This document shows, piece by piece, positions 60,871 through 64,000 of a stretch of DNA of 64,000 nt (its first letter is position 1; every line of letters starts with the position of its first letter). The translations under genes were made by a program, and so were the position numbers. The stretch covers positions 11,036,001-11,100,000 of the forward strand of contig CM060734.1 of NCBI GenBank assembly GCA_030704615.1, read 5' to 3'. The stretch is from Takakia lepidozioides (Eukaryota; Plantae; Bryophyta). Under the pieces are notes generated by a model. It searched no databases and was not told the origin of the DNA. It was given only the letters and a program-made list of their open reading frames with translations.

Positions 60871-61515
60871 CCCCCGACTGCACCAAACCAGAACAAACAT
60901 TATAAAGAAGTACATCCCCAACACATTGCACCCAACCCCCACAATCTGAACACAGGGAAAATAGAGAGGGGGAGGGAGGAGCAGAGGCATCAGAATTCAG
61001 TTCGTAGCTAGAGAGTAAGTAAGGCATGGATGTGGGCAGGGGGGGAGATAGTAGAGAGGTGGACTAACAACTGAAGCAACCCAAAATGCCAACATGACGC
61101 TATTGCCCTTTTACCAGGAATCATCTTCCTCGCTACTACATTCACAGGGAAAATAACCGCAACAAGTGGATGCTGCAGCACAGGATGTCCGCTGATTTGG
61201 GACTCAAAATGCGCCTCAGTGTGCCACTCAAAATGTCATATAATGCATATGTCATTTTACCAGGCCAGTGGCTGAAGCACAGGGTGTCCAGTGATTTGGA
61301 ACTGAAAATGTCACTCAGTGTGTCAGTTAAAATGTCAACATGACGCTATTGTCCTTTTACCAGATGTAGTCATCTTCATCGCTACTACTTTCACTACACT
61401 CATGGTCAGTGTTGCAATCCTCACTATCTCGGTGCCATGGTTCGTCCCTTCGTGGCGGCCTCATCATAGCAATAGTAGCCATCTCAGCTTCGGTAAGGGT
61501 CGTTGAAGGTCCAAA

Positions 61516-64000
61516 TTATGTGTTGGGATTCACATCCTCCAATGCCTCCGCCACTTGCATCCTTACACATGACTCATTCTCACCCAAGCTGACACCAGTG
61601 ACATCATGTACCACGCGCCGTGAGCGCGGCTCCTTCTGAAGTACTACTTTCCAGTTACAAACGTTGGAGGGCTCATCTGCAAAAAAAACTTGCTCGACTT
61701 GCCATGGAAATGTGAATGGTTCATCTCCCGGTGGCAACATGCGATCGAAGTCCACGAGTAGGAAACCATACTCATCCTTCTTCATGGTGCGGTTGCGACC
61801 TGTCAAGCTTGCTCTGACCCATTCACATATGAATACTACAGGAGTGACAGCACCATACTGAAGCTGTAAAATTTCACGAACAACACCGACATATTGCAGC
61901 TGGTTCATGACAGGGTTACCATCCACACCCCTTCCCGTTGACTCTTCGGCAAAAATCTGTGCAACCCCAGAGTCGAATGTGACATGGTAATCAACCACAC
62001 CTGTTTCCACCACTCTGTAGTGATTTCCGTATGCCCACATAGACCGAAATGAACGAGCAACAAACCCTGGTGGCTTACACAGATGACGAATATTTGCATC
62101 ATATGCTGCTCCTCTTGAAACAACATTTTGTACTGCCGACTGTATCCACATATGAAAAGCAGGCAAAGGCAACATGTTTTCGGGGTATGGAACGGTGCGT
62201 TGGTGTGCATTTCTCCCTTGGGTGCTGTATGTGGCTCGAAATTCGGCTCTGGCTGATTCTATGGTGGCCTTCTCAATATCATAAAGTCTGGTCATACTCA
62301 ATTCACACTTAGTCAGGACCATAGTATGTACAAAGAGGCTGAGTGAAAATTGAGAATGCGCCAATTTTGTGTCCGGAAATGGTTCCCAGAGTTAGCATGT
62401 GAAGCCAAATAAATGATGTATACTTACCTCAGAAACGGTCTCATGCACGCCGTGTTGTGAAGCACATAGTCGTGTGCACTAGCCCGAATCTCAGCCAACA
62501 GTTTCCTTGGAGTTCCAAAGCCCTCTAATACTTCTCCCGCAACACTTTCTTCTTCGTTGCAATCCCAGACCCTTCTACGAGTTCCTGGAAATGCAGCTAT
62601 GTACTCTGTGAGGAGGCCAAGAGCCTCATCAAGAGAATACCTCCTGGCCATGCAACCTTCTGGCCGGGCATAGCTCTTCACATATCCCTTCAAATTTTTC
62701 ATGTACCTCTCGATGGGGTACATCCAACGCGAACTAACAGGACCACAAACCTCCAATTCATTCACAAGGTGTAGCACAAGGTGGGTCATGAGATCGAAGA
62801 AGAGGGGGGAAACTCTTTCTCCAACAAACAAAGCGTTACAACCACATCCTCCTTCAGGGCTGGTAGTTCCTCGGGATCGACTATTTTCATGCACAATGCG
62901 CGAAATACACGAGATAGCTTCATGATTGCGAGCCTTGGACCTTTGCCCAACAAACCTCGAATGCACAAAGGTAGAACTTGTTGCATCAGTAGATGGTAGT
63001 CATGACTCTTCATGTGTGAAAGCTTGTTCTTAGCAATATGCTTCTTAAATGAAGCACCATACCCTGTCGGTGTCTTTAGAGCACCCAAAGTTGCATAGAA
63101 GGTAGTAGTTTCCTGTCGATTCAACACGTAAGGAGCCTACGGCTTCACCAACTTCCTGCCATCTCCGGGGTGGGGTTTTAACCATAAGTGAGGTTGTATG
63201 CCCTCATTCTCCATGTCCTTCCTGCTCTTTACTGTGTCCTTTTCCCCCAATATGGTGCGCAATATGTTTTCACAAATGTTTTTTTCACAGTGCATAACAT
63301 CAAGGGTATACCGTATCAACAAATCCTGAAATCATGGAACCACCATCAATATGGTATACTTTGATGGTAAAGCCAAGAGATGACATCTTAATAATGGGAA
63401 AAGGAAGAAACCAGCCTTGCATGCTGCAGACAGTATCCAGAGAGACAAAAGCCAGACATTTTCATGGAAACAACCATATTGCTGCTACATGTGCCATACA
63501 TAGGCGACTCCAAACTTGCTTCATGCAATTTGCATTAGGCTGAAATCTAAGTCGTGTGTGATGATCCTTACAACTGTATCCATGCAACTATGAAATCAGC
63601 CCTGCCAACAAACAAACAATGAAGACATACCCACCTTCCAATATGGCAGGTTCCAAAGGATCGACCTTCGCTTCATGCCATGGGATTTGGCAGGGCACAC
63701 ATTCCGGCGACGGCTGCCAAATGTTTCCATGAACCTCTCGTTTTCCTCCGCATTTTGGAGCTGATCCACAGTGGATACTTGGGGGGGGGGGGGGGGGTTG
63801 TCTGTGATCGGAGGCTCCATTGAAGTGGTTGCGATTGCGTCTATATGGATGGCCTGCTAGTAAGAATTTTCTGTGCCCCTGGTACACCATTTTGCTCAGT
63901 GCACTGGAGTGCCTGGCATCAAGATTGGGCCCGCACACGGGACAAGCCTTGTAGCCCCCAACTGCACACCCTGCTAGCATGGCATATGCAGGATAGTCAT
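61516..64000 (-). pseudogene. CACTA TnpD/Tnp2 transposase (Transposase_21, DUF4218 and DUF4216-like regions)
   Basis: GYKACPVC, YQGHRKFL, LPYWK, LDVMHCEKN, MKSHDYH, MTHLVLHL, GPVSSRWMYPIERYM, PEGCM, KDEYGF, EPF...QVFF...WKVVL; introns 63326-63634 and ~62288-62426. Confidence 0.92.

Larger units (their letters stand above)
59205..64000 (-). mobile_element. En/Spm (CACTA) element; candidate terminus at 59205
   Basis: CACTAGAAGGAAAAAC with CCACGGCT repeats near where the MULE-3 gene breaks off; transposase at 61516-64000. The other end lies outside the window. Confidence 0.6.

Noticed and set aside
61085-61395. Short direct duplication (~61090 and ~61337) as a regulatory array
   Set aside because: Only two degenerate copies at the CACTA transposase 3' end; an ordinary local duplication.

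Overview
Eukaryotic, almost certainly land-plant DNA (spliceosomal introns and a PPR E/E+ fragment; bryophyte- or lycophyte-like). It is a dense nest of transposons with no intact host gene, many 1-bp indels (decay or assembly error) and one 500-N gap. It contains: (A) a Ty3/Gypsy element split into two halves (17927-19382 and 2647-5810), encoding a DNMT3-like C5-cytosine methyltransferase upstream of RT and a PHD finger after integrase; (B) several nested copies of a second Gypsy family with ~1.05 kb LTRs; (C) a third Gypsy family with ~2.2 kb LTRs and a tRNA-Met PBS; (D) three diverged members of a Mutator-like DNA transposon group; (E) a Penelope-like retroelement; (F) an En/Spm (CACTA) transposase. 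Group D has short GGGG/GAGG termini (seen in families 1 and 3) and a SWIM-finger gene (families 1 and 2; fused to a DDE transposase in family 1). All three members carry an intron-containing gene resembling a beta-class N6-adenine/N4-cytosine DNA methyltransferase, fused to a ParB-like domain in the most complete copy. Families 1 and 2 also carry family-specific palindromes with a CGGCGCCG core, in arrays and inside introns. The most interesting candidate system is D; A is second. All protein assignments come from manual motif reading, not database searches.
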